A DNA stretch of 63,512 nucleotides, counting the filler, from an uncultured Synergistales bacterium (lineage in GTDB: Bacteria > Synergistota > Synergistia > Synergistales > Aminobacteriaceae): assembly GCA_937897575.1 (NCBI GenBank). It is 5 parts of 5 records of this genome, joined end to end, with 100 filler letters (N's around TTAATTAATTAA, not from the genome) between each part and the next. Parts side by side here need not be neighbours in the genome. Positions count along the whole stretch, not along the records: positions 35,685 to 63,512 come from CALCQG010000082.1; 4 more parts are not named here. One strand, 5' to 3'. The position numbers and the translations under genes were made by a program. Below the pieces are notes generated by a model. That model did not search any database and was not told the DNA's origin. It saw only the letters and a program-made list of their open reading frames with translations. This document shows, in pieces, positions 42,953-53,749 of the stretch. Each line of letters starts with the position of its first letter. The stretch's first letter is position 1.

Positions 42953-44376
42953 CGTCGCCTCCTTCCGGGTGTTCGCCCTGAACGTCTTCCTCATGGGCCG
43001 CCGTTTTGTCCGAGACCTGCACGGCCTTCATGATGGCCGCGACGGTCTTCCGGTATTTGATCTTGTTGGCCATCTCGACCATCCTGGCCTCGTCCTTGAA
43101 AAGGCTCTTCACAAGACGCTCCGCGTCGATCTGGTACGCCGAGGCGAGGGCGGCCATCTCCTGTTCGAAGTCCTCCTTCTCCACGGTCACGTGCATCTCC
43201 TCGGCGACCTTGTCGAGGACGAGGGACCGCCGTACGATGGTCTCGGCCTGGCTCCGGATGTTCTTCTCGTACTCTTCGCGGGAGAGGGAGGATGCCTCGA
43301 GGAACTGTTCGAGGGTCATGTTTCTCGCCCGCCTGGCCCGCTCCTCGTCCTCCTTGATCATGGCCCTTTCCTGACGGCGGACGAGGGTCTCGGGGACCTC
43401 GAGCGTCGAAAGCCCGGTGATGCTCTCCACGGCGTCGTACTCCGCCCGGGCCTGATGTTCACCCTGAAGCCGCTCGAGAAGGCGGGTTCGGACGCCCTCC
43501 CTGAACTCCTCTTCCGTGGCGGTCTCCTTCTGGAGCACTTTGCCGAAAAACTCCGGGTTCATGTCGGGCAGAGTCCTCTCCTTGACGTCCGTCACGGTCA
43601 TCTCATAGCGCATCGTCTTGCCCGCAAGGTTCTTCTCGGAGTGGTCGTCCGCCCGACCAGGTTCAGCGCTTCTGTCGCGTTGCGGGTGAAAATGACTCGG
43701 AGTGGTCGTCCGCCACAAGAACCTCGGCGACGGCCTCTTCGCCCTTCTTCCTGCCTGCAAGGGCCGCCCGAATCTCCTCGCGGACGGATGTCTGCCCCAG
43801 GTCGATGGAGGTCGTATCGGGGCCATGGCGCTCATCCTGCGTATCCTCCCCCGAGATGACGGTGTGATAGCTGATATCGACAACATCCCCGGCCTCCGCC
43901 GCCCTGTCTTCGACGGCGGCGAGTGTCGAGGCCTGCATCCGGAGATCCGCCACGGTCTTCTCCACCATCTCGTCCGAAACGGCGGCGACGAGCCGATCCA
44001 CCTGTATCTCGGAGAGAGCCGGCAGGACGACCTCGGGCGAGACCTCGAAGGAGAGAGTGACGACCACGGGAGCGCCTTCGTCCATGGAGTCCACCTCCAC
44101 CCGCGGTTCGTCGATGAGGTCCAGTTCGTAGTCCTGCACGACCTGGTCGATGGTCTCAGGAAGCACCTTCTCGAGGGCTTCGGCGCGAATGGCCTCCTTC
44201 CCAAGGCGCATCTCGAGGATCTTTCTGGGGATGTGCCCCTTCCTGAATCCCGGGATGGATACCTTGCGGGCGAGCTCGCCGCACGCCTTGTCCACCTGGG
44301 CGGCAAACTCCTCCTGATCGAAGGTCACCTTGATGGACACCATGTTCTTCTCCTGAGAGAGCATCTCCGACTTCAT
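42945..44376 (-). pseudogene. tig: Trigger factor, frameshifted in this assembly by a 61-bp insertion at ~43635-43714
   Basis: IPGFRKGHIP motif; N- and C-halves in different frames; removing one repeat plus the insert restores ...VADDHSEKNLAGK... Confidence 0.9.
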
Positions 44377-44464
44377 CGACTCGCAACCCCTTTCAGCACG
44401 TTCCCGTACGATCCGCGCACAGTACAGTCCTCTTCAGGCAACGAGAAGAGGACATGCGGTAGGT

Positions 44465-44493
44465 ATTGTACACGGAAAAAGAGGAGAATGCAA
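44465..44493 (-). promoter_or_regulatory. Sigma70-type promoter upstream of tig
   Basis: TTGCAT-17 nt-TACAAT. Confidence 0.6.
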
Positions 44494-44635
44494 AGGATCG
44501 GACAGGAGGTCCGTCGATCTGCCTGTTCCGCCGGGGCAGACACCGGTGCGGTCTTCGGGGCACGTCCACCCGGGGTCACGGCGGGCATCCGAATCGTTCG
44601 CCCGGGACGAGCGCTCTTCCGTCTCTCCTCCTCCG

Positions 44636-45763
44636 TCACCCGCGCGGACGCGGTCCCTCCGATCGCCGGGGCGGCAGGAACGAGGAGATGGCCCGCCCGG
44701 ACAGTCGCTCGACGGTCCTCGCAATCTGACGGGCTCGGGCGAGGCGTCGTCTGGCACTCAGCCAAGCGACGGGGTCGTCGGCGAACCGCTCCCTCATGAG
44801 GGCTCTTTTCTCCTCGAGGGAGATCACCTCCGTGCCGTCGGTCATCTTGTCGGCGAGGTACAGCAGAGCCTGCTCGACGGAGGGGGCAGGAGGCAGGTCC
44901 ATGTGGGAGACCACGATCCCGACGAGGGACGGAAAACCGTGATCCCTCAGGAAGAGCCCCGAGACGATGTCGTGCCGTTCAGCGGTTTTGCAGATATCGT
45001 GCAGCAGTGCCGCCGCCCGGAGCAAGGGGATATCGAGACGCCTCTGTGGCAGCTCCATCGCGAGGCGGACGGCGACGGAGGCGACCATCTCGCAGTGCCG
45101 CACCACCCGTTCCGGGGTCCCGGCGATGGACAAAAGAGCGCGGCGTTCGGCCGACGTCGGGATGTCGAGCCTCTTGGCCCGTCTCCTGAGGCTCTCGAAA
45201 TCCTCCGGGTAGTCCATATCGAGAAGGGTGCCCTCGTCCGCCACGGGAAGGCGCACCACCCATCGCTCCTTGTTCTCGATGAACTGTCTGAGTCCGCCGT
45301 CCGCCTCGAAGGAGAGCAGCGACGGAATGTGACTGGACCCGATGAGCGGAGGGTGCCCGCTCACGCCCCCGAAGGTCGGCGAGACGATCCTCTCCGGGTC
45401 GGCGCGTTCGATGAGCTGCAGGAGGGTCGTCTTTCGGACGAGCGGCATGTCCGCCGGGAGGATGAAAAAGGCTCTGGACGATGGGGAGAGGGATGCCGCC
45501 CCGGTCTGCACGGAGGTCCACATCCCCTCGGCAAAGCGGGCGTTGTGCACCGGCCGCCCCCCCCACCGCAGGACGATGGGCGTCACGTCGGACGACCTGT
45601 GTCCCGTTATGACGATCTTGTCGTCAATCCCTGCGTCGCTGCACGTCCTGAGGAGACGTTCGATGGCGGGAACGCCGTCAATGGGTTCCAGCGGTTTGAA
45701 GAAACCCATACGACGCGAGTACCCTGCGGAAAGAAGCACAACGGAGACATCCCGTGGGGTCAT
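44636..45763 (-). CDS. MocA-like nucleotidyltransferase fused to an HD domain
   Basis: LSAGYSRRMG..K, GM.TSVQ.G, PADMP, GHPPLI; VVRHC...ALLHDICK...ADK. Confidence 0.8.
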   Translation of the reverse strand: MTPRDVSVVLLSAGYSRRMGFFKPLEPIDGVPAIERLLRTCSDAGIDDKIVITGHRSSDVTPIVLRWGGRPVHNARFAEGMWTSVQTGAASLSPSSRAFFILPADMPLVRKTTLLQLIERADPERIVSPTFGGVSGHPPLIGSSHIPSLLSFEADGGLRQFIENKERWVVRLPVADEGTLLDMDYPEDFESLRRRAKRLDIPTSAERRALLSIAGTPERVVRHCEMVASVAVRLAMELPQRRLDIPLLRAAALLHDICKTAERHDIVSGLFLRDHGFPSLVGIVVSHMDLPPAPSVEQALLYLADKMTDGTEVISLEEKRALMRERFADDPVAWLSARRRLARARQIARTVERLSGRAISSFLPPRRSEGPRPRG

Positions 45764-45778
45764 GGTCCTGTCTCGGGG

Positions 45779-46378
45779 TCAGGCGGCGGGGCGGAGCTTC
45801 CTGAAGAGTTTCGTGATCTCCGTGTAGTTGTCGTGCACCGTGTTCCTGTAGCTGGCCAGAGAGCGCCCCCGGTACCGGTCGAGCCCCCGATCCACGTCAC
45901 CCTGGCTCTTCCGTATGTTCGCCGAGAGGATATGGGCCCCCATTCGAATGTTGTTCGATGGCTCCATGAGCTCCTTCGTGGAACGGATCGGAAAGGTCTT
46001 GACGATCCAGGGGCCGTTGGCCTTCCAGTTGATCTGCATGAGACCGTAATTGCCCTTGCTCACCGCCTGGACTTTGACCGTGGATTCCTTGACGAGGATC
46101 GATGCGACGAGGAAGGGGTCGAGGGCGTAGTGGGAGGACCACTTTTCGACCAATCGGGCGTACTGGGCGGCGTTCGTCTTTGACACGCCCGGATTCTTTC
46201 TGAGAAAATAGGCCTCGATGGCCTGCGTCTTATACGGTAGATCGTTCTTTGACTGATGATTCTGCATCGACCGGTACGCGGTGCTTGTGTCGAACGGTGC
46301 CGCCAGGGCGCCCTGCAATCCCAACGGGGAGAAGAGGAGTGAAACTGCAAGAAGAAGGCGCGGCATACTTCGGTTCAT
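45779..46378 (-). CDS. Lytic transglycosylase (SLT domain)
   Basis: LDPFLVASILVKES, YGLMQIN, NIRMGA.IL. Confidence 0.85.
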   Translation of the reverse strand: MNRSMPRLLLAVSLLFSPLGLQGALAAPFDTSTAYRSMQNHQSKNDLPYKTQAIEAYFLRKNPGVSKTNAAQYARLVEKWSSHYALDPFLVASILVKESTVKVQAVSKGNYGLMQINWKANGPWIVKTFPIRSTKELMEPSNNIRMGAHILSANIRKSQGDVDRGLDRYRGRSLASYRNTVHDNYTEITKLFRKLRPAA

Positions 46379-46530
46379 CGCAAGGACTCCTTTCGTATGG
46401 AAGAACGCTCCATAGAAGAGGGGTTTTGTAAAAAGTGGCCCCATTATAGCACATCGCCTTTTTATCCCCTGTCCACCCTGAAGGGCACGGGCAGAGCGAT
46501 ATGGGGCGGAGAGGGAGGTATGAGAACGTC

Positions 46531-47127
46531 ATGGATCAGATCCTCGAGGTCATCAAGACAAGGCGGAGCGTCCGGCGGTTTCTTCCGGATCAGATCGACA
46601 GGGGCGAGATGGAGCGGATTCTGGACGGCGGCCTTTGGGCGCCCAGCGGACACAATGCGCAACCGTGGCACTTCCTGGTCCTGAGGGATAGAGCCCTGCT
46701 GGACGACTTGGCACGGAGGACGCAGGCGCTCATGGCGGAGTCCCCCTGCGAATGGGTTCGCAAACTTGCGTCAAGGCCCGGGTACCATGTCTTTCATCGC
46801 GCGCCGACGGTCATCGTCGTCTCGTCCAAGGCCGAAGATCCGGAGAGCGGCGTGCTGTCCTACGCAGCGGACTGCTCGGCGGCAATCCAGAACATGCTCC
46901 TCGTCGCCGAGTCGATGAATATCGGAACCTGCTGGATCGGGCTCACAAAGGTCCTCTTCGACTCGGAGTGGGACGGCGCCTCCCTGGGGATTCCCGAGGG
47001 CTACCACCCCATCTATTCCGTCGCCTTCGGGTACAAGGCCGAACCATCGGCTTCTCAGGGGCCCGCTCGGCGGGAGAACACCGTCACGTGGTATGGGGAG
47101 GAGAACGGAGGTCCCGCCAGAGGATAG
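46531..47127 (+). CDS. Nitroreductase family protein
   Basis: IKTRRSVRRF, APSGHNAQPWHF, AIQNMLL.AES..IGTCWIG. Confidence 0.92.
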   Translation: MDQILEVIKTRRSVRRFLPDQIDRGEMERILDGGLWAPSGHNAQPWHFLVLRDRALLDDLARRTQALMAESPCEWVRKLASRPGYHVFHRAPTVIVVSSKAEDPESGVLSYAADCSAAIQNMLLVAESMNIGTCWIGLTKVLFDSEWDGASLGIPEGYHPIYSVAFGYKAEPSASQGPARRENTVTWYGEENGGPARG

Positions 47128-47204
47128 TGTACGTCGCCAGACAGCGGCATTGCAGACGGGCGTGCCGGATAGTGCGGGGGCGCGATGCTGAGAGCGCGGC
47201 GCAG

Positions 47205-47233
47205 TGGACGATATCGCCCTTCTGCCGTACAAT
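47205..47233 (+). promoter_or_regulatory. Promoter of tRNA-Leu
   Basis: TGGACG-17 nt-TACAAT. Confidence 0.5.
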
Positions 47234-47298
47234 CGGGTACGATGTACGACCGGACGGACGATGGGGGGAGGGCGCGAAGACCCCACCGGTACAGACAC

Positions 47299-47382
47299 GC
47301 GAGAGTGGTGGAACGGCAGACACGTCAGACTTAGGATCTGATGCCCTAGGGCGTGGGGGTTCAAGTCCCCCCTCTCGCACCA
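47299..47382 (+). tRNA. tRNA-Leu(TAG)
   Basis: GCGAGAG/CTCTCGC acceptor, TCAGA-CTTAGGA-TCTGA anticodon arm, long variable arm, GTTCAAG, CCA. Confidence 0.96.
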
Positions 47383-47516
47383 CCTTCCGAATTTCATAAC
47401 GACGAACGGTCCGGTTGCCGCGCACGGCGACCGGACCGTCTGTTCTGAAGGGCGCCCGATGAGCACCCCGCTCTTCGGAGTTACACCCCATCGTTTGGGT
47501 GAAGAGGGCATCCAAT

Positions 47517-47643
47517 GTCAACGGAGTATTTTTACTCAGCTGCCATGAATCCTGAAAGCGCGGAAGGCGTGCTTCACGCAAAAGAAAGTGGAACCTTACG
47601 ATACGTGAGGTTCCGCTTTGGAAAGTGGTGGACTGTGAGGGAC
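47517..47643. repeat. Distal att-like direct repeat (tRNA-Lys 3' 18 nt, terminator and downstream DNA)
   Basis: Matches 63082-63208 at 123/127 nt. Confidence 0.95.
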
Positions 47644-47754
47644 ACTCAACCGGATTACTTTTGAATATAGAATATCACTGAATTAAGACCTTGGCAAGAA
47701 AAATCCTTTGTACCAGTTTTGTACCAGATTTTTAAAGCCTCTTTTACGTTTTTC

Positions 47755-49101
47755 TTAAAAAATTAAGATGTTTCGATAGCACTTTCCTAGCCTTTGATGG
47801 CTTCCGTGAATGTCGTAGAGCACTGCGGACATGGCGGCCACGGCCTTAGGTAAGATATCTGCATCGTCAAAATCGAACCCGCTGCCATGCACCACGTCCG
47901 TAATATCGGTCAGGAAACGTAGCATGGTTGCCTGGCCGCCATGCTCCCTTACGCGGCGCATCATGCAGGAAAAATCCTCGCTGCCCCCTACCTCCCGTCG
48001 CAGCTGGGGATGGACGGAAACGCCCTGCAGCTTGCCGCAGGCGGCAGCAACCTGTTCCATCAGTGCGGGGTCACTCTCCAGTGCATCACAGCTCCCCATG
48101 GTCTTGATCTCCGCGCTCACGCCATGCATCTCCGCAGAACAGTGGATTATGCGGTGTGCTTGAGTCTCCATGTAGGAACAAACCTCGTCGTTTTTGCCGC
48201 GAACTTCTATCTCCATGCAGGCGTGGTCTGCGATAACATTGCGGGCCGTGCCAGCGTGCAATGTCCCCACGTTGACCCTCGTATCCCCGACGCTGCTGCG
48301 GGAGATACCGTAGAGCTGCTGTACGGTCCCCGCTGCTGCCAAGAGGCTGTTTGCCCCTTTCTCCGGAGCCGCAGCAGCGTGAGCCGCACGCCCTCTAAAG
48401 GTTACGTCTATATGGACAGCAGCAAGGGAACCGCCGCAGCCGGCAATGATGTCACAGCTCTCCCCAGGGAGGCGCTTTGAGATGTGTCCTGCCAGCAGGA
48501 ATTGCACGTCATCGAGATGACCTTTCTCCACTATGGCCCGTGCTCCCCGAAGACTCTCCTCCGCCGGCTGAAAGATGAGCCTGACCGTGCCGTGAAGACT
48601 GTCTTTTATCCCAATCAGCACCTCCGCCACTCCTAGACCAATCGCAGCATGTCCGTCATGCCCGCAGGCATGCATAACTCCGGGATAGATGGAGGCAAAA
48701 CCCTCTCGTGTCGGTCTATGCTGCTCGGAGCTGTCTTCGTTGATCCCCAGGGCGTCGATATCAAATCGTAGTGCAGTCACGGACCCATCACCACATTCCA
48801 GGATGCCGATGACTCCTGTGAGGCCGTTCCTGACCTGCTCCAGATATTCCAGATCGCCGCCGGTCACTCGGGCGTTTTGTAAGGCAGCATCCAACACCTC
48901 AGGTACGGGCATGGCAATTCCAGGCATACCCACATCATCTCCCACGAGGACACGGTATCCAAGTTCACTCAATCGGCGGGCAATAAGAGAAGACGTCCTC
49001 ATCTCCAGCTGTCCAAGTTCAGCGTACCTGTGGAAATCACGCCGGAATCCAACCAGTTTATCCCTCAGAGCAAAAGACATTTCGCTTATCGAGCGAAACA
49101 T
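47755..49101 (-). CDS. M20-family amidohydrolase (AbgA-like)
   Basis: RRDFHRYAE, ALRFDIDAL, MHACGHDGH, FQPAEE, GSEDF. Confidence 0.9.
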   Translation of the reverse strand: MFRSISEMSFALRDKLVGFRRDFHRYAELGQLEMRTSSLIARRLSELGYRVLVGDDVGMPGIAMPVPEVLDAALQNARVTGGDLEYLEQVRNGLTGVIGILECGDGSVTALRFDIDALGINEDSSEQHRPTREGFASIYPGVMHACGHDGHAAIGLGVAEVLIGIKDSLHGTVRLIFQPAEESLRGARAIVEKGHLDDVQFLLAGHISKRLPGESCDIIAGCGGSLAAVHIDVTFRGRAAHAAAAPEKGANSLLAAAGTVQQLYGISRSSVGDTRVNVGTLHAGTARNVIADHACMEIEVRGKNDEVCSYMETQAHRIIHCSAEMHGVSAEIKTMGSCDALESDPALMEQVAAACGKLQGVSVHPQLRREVGGSEDFSCMMRRVREHGGQATMLRFLTDITDVVHGSGFDFDDADILPKAVAAMSAVLYDIHGSHQRLGKCYRNILIF

Positions 49102-49178
49102 CGTCATCACCTCTTGATTTGTCATGCTGAAACAGTATAAAAAGAAAGTGAAGTGTCTTCGCTCCACTTTCCTAAACC

Positions 49179-50438
49179 TTACCCCTGTTCCTCGGACGCC
49201 CGGTCCACCTGATGGGTTCCAAGAATGTTTCTCTCGATGAGACCTTGGATCTCGTCGTCACTCAAATTCAAGAGGCTGCACAGGATATCACCGTTCTGTT
49301 CCCCCAACCTGGGCGCTGATGTGAGCGGAACGTCCTCCATATCGTGGATCCTGAGAGGGATCTGCGTAACAGGAACCGGACCGATACCCTCTTGGTCGAG
49401 AGAAGGGAACATCTGCCGGGCACCGCCTATGTGCTCGTCAGCCACGGCATCGCCGATGGTGTTGACGGGGGCGCAGGGTATCCCGGCTTCGCCCAGAGCC
49501 CGACACACCTCCTTCACGCTGAGGGTGCCCGCCCACTGGTTGAGCACGTCATCGATCAGCTCCCGGTGCTCCACCCGGGCCGTGTGGCTTGCGAAGCGAG
49601 GGTCTGCGGCCATGTCGGGACGATTGAAGATGTCCAGAGCCAGTCTCTGGAAAAATTCGTCGCTCCCGACCCCTATGGCAAAATAGCCGTTGCTGGCCCG
49701 ATAGACACCATAGGGGGCCCACTTTCGGTTGTTGTTGCCGATCCTTTCCGGCAGGATCCCGTTGAAAAGGTATTCCTGGTTATCCACAATCATCAGGGAC
49801 ACCAGGGAGTCTATCAGGGACACTTCGACGAAACGCCCTTCCCCCGTCCGTTCTGCCTCCCTCAAGGCCGCCAGGACACCTATGACCAGATTAAGGCCGG
49901 CCGTGACATCGGCTATTGAGGTCCCAACCTTGATCGGCGGATCCTCCTCCCATCCGTTGAGCCACATGATGCCGCTCAATGCCTGGGCAATAACATCATA
50001 GGCGGGAAGATCACGATAGGGGCCATCCTTTCCGAAACCTGAAAGGCTGCCGAAAACGATCCGCGGGTTCTCTCTCTTGAGGACGTCGTACCCGATCCCC
50101 AGTTTTTCCATCACGCCGGGCCGGAAATTCTCAATGACAATATGAGATTTCTTAGCCATCCGCAGAAAGATATCCCTGCCCTCCGGCGTAGTCAGGTCAA
50201 GGGCAACGCTGTGCTTGCTATGGTTCAGAGAACAGAAACGCAGGCTGACATCCCCCTTAAAAGGTCCCGTGGCTCGGCTCACGTCGCCTTGAGTCCTGGG
50301 GTTCTCGATCTTGATGATCTCAGCACCCAGCATGGACAAGTAGAGAGTGGCAAAGGGCCCCGATACGACATGGGTCAGATCCAGGACTCGTACCCCTTTT
50401 AAAACAGCACTGCGATTCTTTTCCGTATGGAGTTGCAC
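49179..50438 (-). CDS. Class III CoA transferase (CaiB/BaiF)
   Basis: GVRVLDLT..VSGP, GAEIIKIE, ENFRPG, SIADVTAG. Confidence 0.93.
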   Translation of the reverse strand: MQLHTEKNRSAVLKGVRVLDLTHVVSGPFATLYLSMLGAEIIKIENPRTQGDVSRATGPFKGDVSLRFCSLNHSKHSVALDLTTPEGRDIFLRMAKKSHIVIENFRPGVMEKLGIGYDVLKRENPRIVFGSLSGFGKDGPYRDLPAYDVIAQALSGIMWLNGWEEDPPIKVGTSIADVTAGLNLVIGVLAALREAERTGEGRFVEVSLIDSLVSLMIVDNQEYLFNGILPERIGNNNRKWAPYGVYRASNGYFAIGVGSDEFFQRLALDIFNRPDMAADPRFASHTARVEHRELIDDVLNQWAGTLSVKEVCRALGEAGIPCAPVNTIGDAVADEHIGGARQMFPSLDQEGIGPVPVTQIPLRIHDMEDVPLTSAPRLGEQNGDILCSLLNLSDDEIQGLIERNILGTHQVDRASEEQG

Positions 50439-50467
50439 AGTATCTCCCTCTTTCTACACCTCTGGAA

Positions 50468-51325
50468 CTACTTCTGTTTCTGGTAATCGTACCATCCTTT
50501 GCCGGTCTTCCTGCCGTATTCCCCGGCCTTCACGTGAGCCTCAAGTTCAGGGATGGGTGTGAAACGGTCATCACCCGTCAATTCCCGGAGAAGATTCAGG
50601 CAAGCGTAGGTTACGTCAAGGCCGCCCATATCGTTGAGTTCGAAAGGCCCCATTGGGTGGTTCAGCCCCAGCTTGGCAGCTTTATCTATATCCTCGACGG
50701 ATGCTATTCCTTCATGCATCAGGCGAAAAGCCTCCACCTGCAGGGCCTTGTTGAGTCGATTGACGATAAATCCCGGCTCATCCTTGTTTACCTGCACCGA
50801 TTCCTTCCCGATGGACTTCACAAAGGCAAGCCCTCTTTGTACCGTCTCCTCGGAAGTTCTATCCCCGCGGATCACCTCCACGAGCTTCATTGCATAAACA
50901 GGGGCAAAAAAATGCAACCCCAGGAAACGTTCAGGATGGTCCAAGACCTTTGCCAGAGAGGAGATTGGGATGTAGGATGTGTTCGTTCCGAGCAGAGTGT
51001 CCGGACGACAGCGGGCCTCAATCTTTTTGAAAAGATCCTGTTTGACCCCTGGATTCTCCAGCACCGCCTCCAGCACGAACCTCGCCTCCTCCACGCAGCT
51101 CAGATCGCTGCAGGGAATAAGGCGGGACAGCAGCTCATCCTTCTGCTGTGTCGTCAACTTTCCGCGTTCAACCTGGCGCTCCAATCCCGCGGCGATGTTC
51201 GCCTTGCCCTTCTCCGCCAACTCATCAGTCAGGTCCCACAGAGACACCGCATATCCTGCGTTGGCACATACCTGCGCAATTCCGCTGCCCATGAAACCGG
51301 CACCGCATACTGTCATTTTTCCCAT
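50468..51325 (-). CDS. 3-hydroxyacyl-CoA dehydrogenase (Hbd-like)
   Basis: GAGFMGSGIAQ, EAVLE, TNTS, GLHFF.P, PGFIVNR, HPMGPFEL.D..GLD. Confidence 0.93.
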   Translation of the reverse strand: MGKMTVCGAGFMGSGIAQVCANAGYAVSLWDLTDELAEKGKANIAAGLERQVERGKLTTQQKDELLSRLIPCSDLSCVEEARFVLEAVLENPGVKQDLFKKIEARCRPDTLLGTNTSYIPISSLAKVLDHPERFLGLHFFAPVYAMKLVEVIRGDRTSEETVQRGLAFVKSIGKESVQVNKDEPGFIVNRLNKALQVEAFRLMHEGIASVEDIDKAAKLGLNHPMGPFELNDMGGLDVTYACLNLLRELTGDDRFTPIPELEAHVKAGEYGRKTGKGWYDYQKQK

Positions 51326-51354
51326 GTGAACACCTGCTTCCTCAATTTTTCCGT

Positions 51355-52557
51355 CTAAATAACGCCTTTCTCCCGCAGAACTTTCAATTCTTCCGCGGTT
51401 TTCCCCAGAGCGCCGTAGATATCGTCGTTGTCCCCTCCGAACTCCGGTGCTGGCAACACAGGCGCCAATCCGGATTCGCTGAAACGGACGGGGATGTTGG
51501 TGACGCGATAGGGCACCATCCCCGGCTGATCCAGCACAGGGAACATCTCCCGAGCCCCGGCGATGTGCTCATCCTTTGAAATCTCCACGATGGAGTTCAC
51601 AGGGGCGCAAGGAACCCCGGCCTGTAACATGAGATCACAAATCTGTGCGACCGTTTTGTCCTGTGCCCATTCGTTGATGTAGGCGTCCAGTTCGTCACGA
51701 TAGGCCACGCGCAGGGCATGACTGGAAAAACGCTCATCATCGGGCATCCACCGTTGCCCGATACCCCGGGCGAATTTGCGAAAGTGCTCCTCCGTTCCGC
51801 AGCCGAGGTTGTAATACCCATCGCTTGCCCGATAGGTTCCATAGGGCGCCCAGGACTTGTAGATGTTCCCCATGCGGCAGGGAACTTCCCCGGCGGCAAA
51901 GAAACGGATGTAGTCCTGAGTGCTCAGGGAGATAAGGGAATCCACCAACGACGTCTCCACCTTTTGCCCCTTCCCGGTCCTGTTCCGGCAGTAAATGGCA
52001 GCGAGGATGGCGACGACGATATCGATGCCGGCAATGGTGTCACCAATGGATGACCCCACACGGGTCGGGGGACCGTCCATCTGGCCCGTCAAAAACATGA
52101 TGCCGCTCATACCCTGGGCCGTCACATCGTATCCGGGGCGGTTTCTGTACGGGCCGTAGGTACCGTAGCCAGAAATAGAAGCGTAGATGATCCCCGGGTT
52201 GATTTTTCGCAGATCCTCATACCCCAAGCCGAGGTTTTCCATCACACCGGGCCGGAAATTTTCGACCACCACGTCGGCGTCAGCCGCAAGTTTACGGAAG
52301 AGTTCCCGGCCTTCCTCGGCCTTCATGTTCAGGGTAATGCCCTTTTTATTGTGGTTCACCGTCGGGAAATACGAGCTTCGGTCATTGATGAAGGGACCGT
52401 ATTGCCGGGTGACGTCCCCGTCATTCGGATTTTCCACCTTGATTACATCTGCCCCCATGGCAGCCAGCCACATGGTGGCGAAGGGGCCAGCAAGGACCCT
52501 GGTGAGGTCCAGTACTTTCAGCCCCTCAAGAGGGCCTTTTTTCTCTGTATTTGCCAT
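51355..52557 (-). CDS. Class III CoA transferase (CaiB/BaiF), second copy
   Basis: GPLEGLKVLDLTRVLAGP, ENFRPG, SIGDTIAG; start at MANTEKK. Confidence 0.93.
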   Translation of the reverse strand: MANTEKKGPLEGLKVLDLTRVLAGPFATMWLAAMGADVIKVENPNDGDVTRQYGPFINDRSSYFPTVNHNKKGITLNMKAEEGRELFRKLAADADVVVENFRPGVMENLGLGYEDLRKINPGIIYASISGYGTYGPYRNRPGYDVTAQGMSGIMFLTGQMDGPPTRVGSSIGDTIAGIDIVVAILAAIYCRNRTGKGQKVETSLVDSLISLSTQDYIRFFAAGEVPCRMGNIYKSWAPYGTYRASDGYYNLGCGTEEHFRKFARGIGQRWMPDDERFSSHALRVAYRDELDAYINEWAQDKTVAQICDLMLQAGVPCAPVNSIVEISKDEHIAGAREMFPVLDQPGMVPYRVTNIPVRFSESGLAPVLPAPEFGGDNDDIYGALGKTAEELKVLREKGVI

Positions 52558-52568
52558 GGTCGTACCCG

Positions 52569-53747
52569 CTATCCAAGGTCGCATCCCACGATGGTGACGC
52601 TGCTTACGTTGTTCCATGGCTTGCCGCCCAGGCAGTGTGCCAGCCCCGTGCGTGGATTTTCAAGCTGACGCTTGCCAGCTTTCCCGTGAAACTGGAGCCA
52701 GCTCTCGTAGACCATTCGGATACCACTGGCACCAACGGGATGCCCCATTGCCTTCAGTCCACCGTCCACATTCACCGGCAGTGAGCCCTCGAGAGAAAAT
52801 TTACCCTCCAGTGCATCGCGCCAGCCCTGTCCACGGGTGCTCAACCCCAGGGCCTCGTAGAGGACGATCTCAGTAATGCTGAAGCAGTCGTGGAGTTCAA
52901 CAAGATCCAGCTGTTCGGAGGGGTTCGTAATACCGGCCTTCTGGTAAGCTACCCTCGCCGCGGCCTCGGTCTCAAGTATCGTAGTGTAGTCATAGGAAGT
53001 CTCATACATCCCAACGCCGGAGCTGGCCACGATCTCGGCGCTCTTGATGTACATGGGATCGTTGCGGAACTTCTTCGCTTTTTCGGTGGAGGTTAGGATG
53101 GCACAGGCCGCTCCGTCGGAGACTCCGGAACAGTCCATAATGGTCAGGTAGGGCTCGCAAACCATGGGGGACTTGCGGATCTTATCCAGCGGTATTTCCT
53201 TGCGATAGAGCGCCTTGGGATTGAGAGCGCCGTTATAGTGATTTTTGTAGGAGACATGGACCATGGCCTCGCGCATGTCCTCATAGGATACATTGTACTT
53301 TTCCGCGTAGGCGGGCACCAGCAGCGAGAAGCTTGCCGGTCCTCCAAAGGATGGTTCCGTATTGTCTCGGTAGAGGTTAAAGAGCGGGTTACCGCTGAAA
53401 CCATTGTCCTTCAACTTGTCCAAACCGATGGCCATAACGACGTCGTACTCGCCGGAGGCTATTCCAAAAGCTGCGTTACGCAAGGCGTCCGCTCCAGAGC
53501 AGCAGTTGTTTTCTACCCTGGTCACTGGCTTGAAGTCTGGTTTGAGGATGCTCGACAGCGAGGTGCCATGCTGTTCGTAAAAGGAGCCGAACCAGAAAGC
53601 CTCAATATCCTTCATTTTCAGTCCAGAGTCTTCCAGTGCCTCCATCACAGCCTCAAGCACCAGATCTTCACGGCTGGCATCGAAACGCTCGCCGAATTTT
53701 GAGCAGCCCATGCCAATAATGCTCACCTTATCCTTGATGCTGCCCAT
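52569..53747 (-). CDS. SCP2/archaeal-type thiolase
   Basis: RVENNCCSG, DCS.VSDGA, ELHDCFS, VNVDGGLKAMGHPVGASG. Confidence 0.9.
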   Translation of the reverse strand: MGSIKDKVSIIGMGCSKFGERFDASREDLVLEAVMEALEDSGLKMKDIEAFWFGSFYEQHGTSLSSILKPDFKPVTRVENNCCSGADALRNAAFGIASGEYDVVMAIGLDKLKDNGFSGNPLFNLYRDNTEPSFGGPASFSLLVPAYAEKYNVSYEDMREAMVHVSYKNHYNGALNPKALYRKEIPLDKIRKSPMVCEPYLTIMDCSGVSDGAACAILTSTEKAKKFRNDPMYIKSAEIVASSGVGMYETSYDYTTILETEAAARVAYQKAGITNPSEQLDLVELHDCFSITEIVLYEALGLSTRGQGWRDALEGKFSLEGSLPVNVDGGLKAMGHPVGASGIRMVYESWLQFHGKAGKRQLENPRTGLAHCLGGKPWNNVSSVTIVGCDLG

Positions 53748-53749
53748 GT

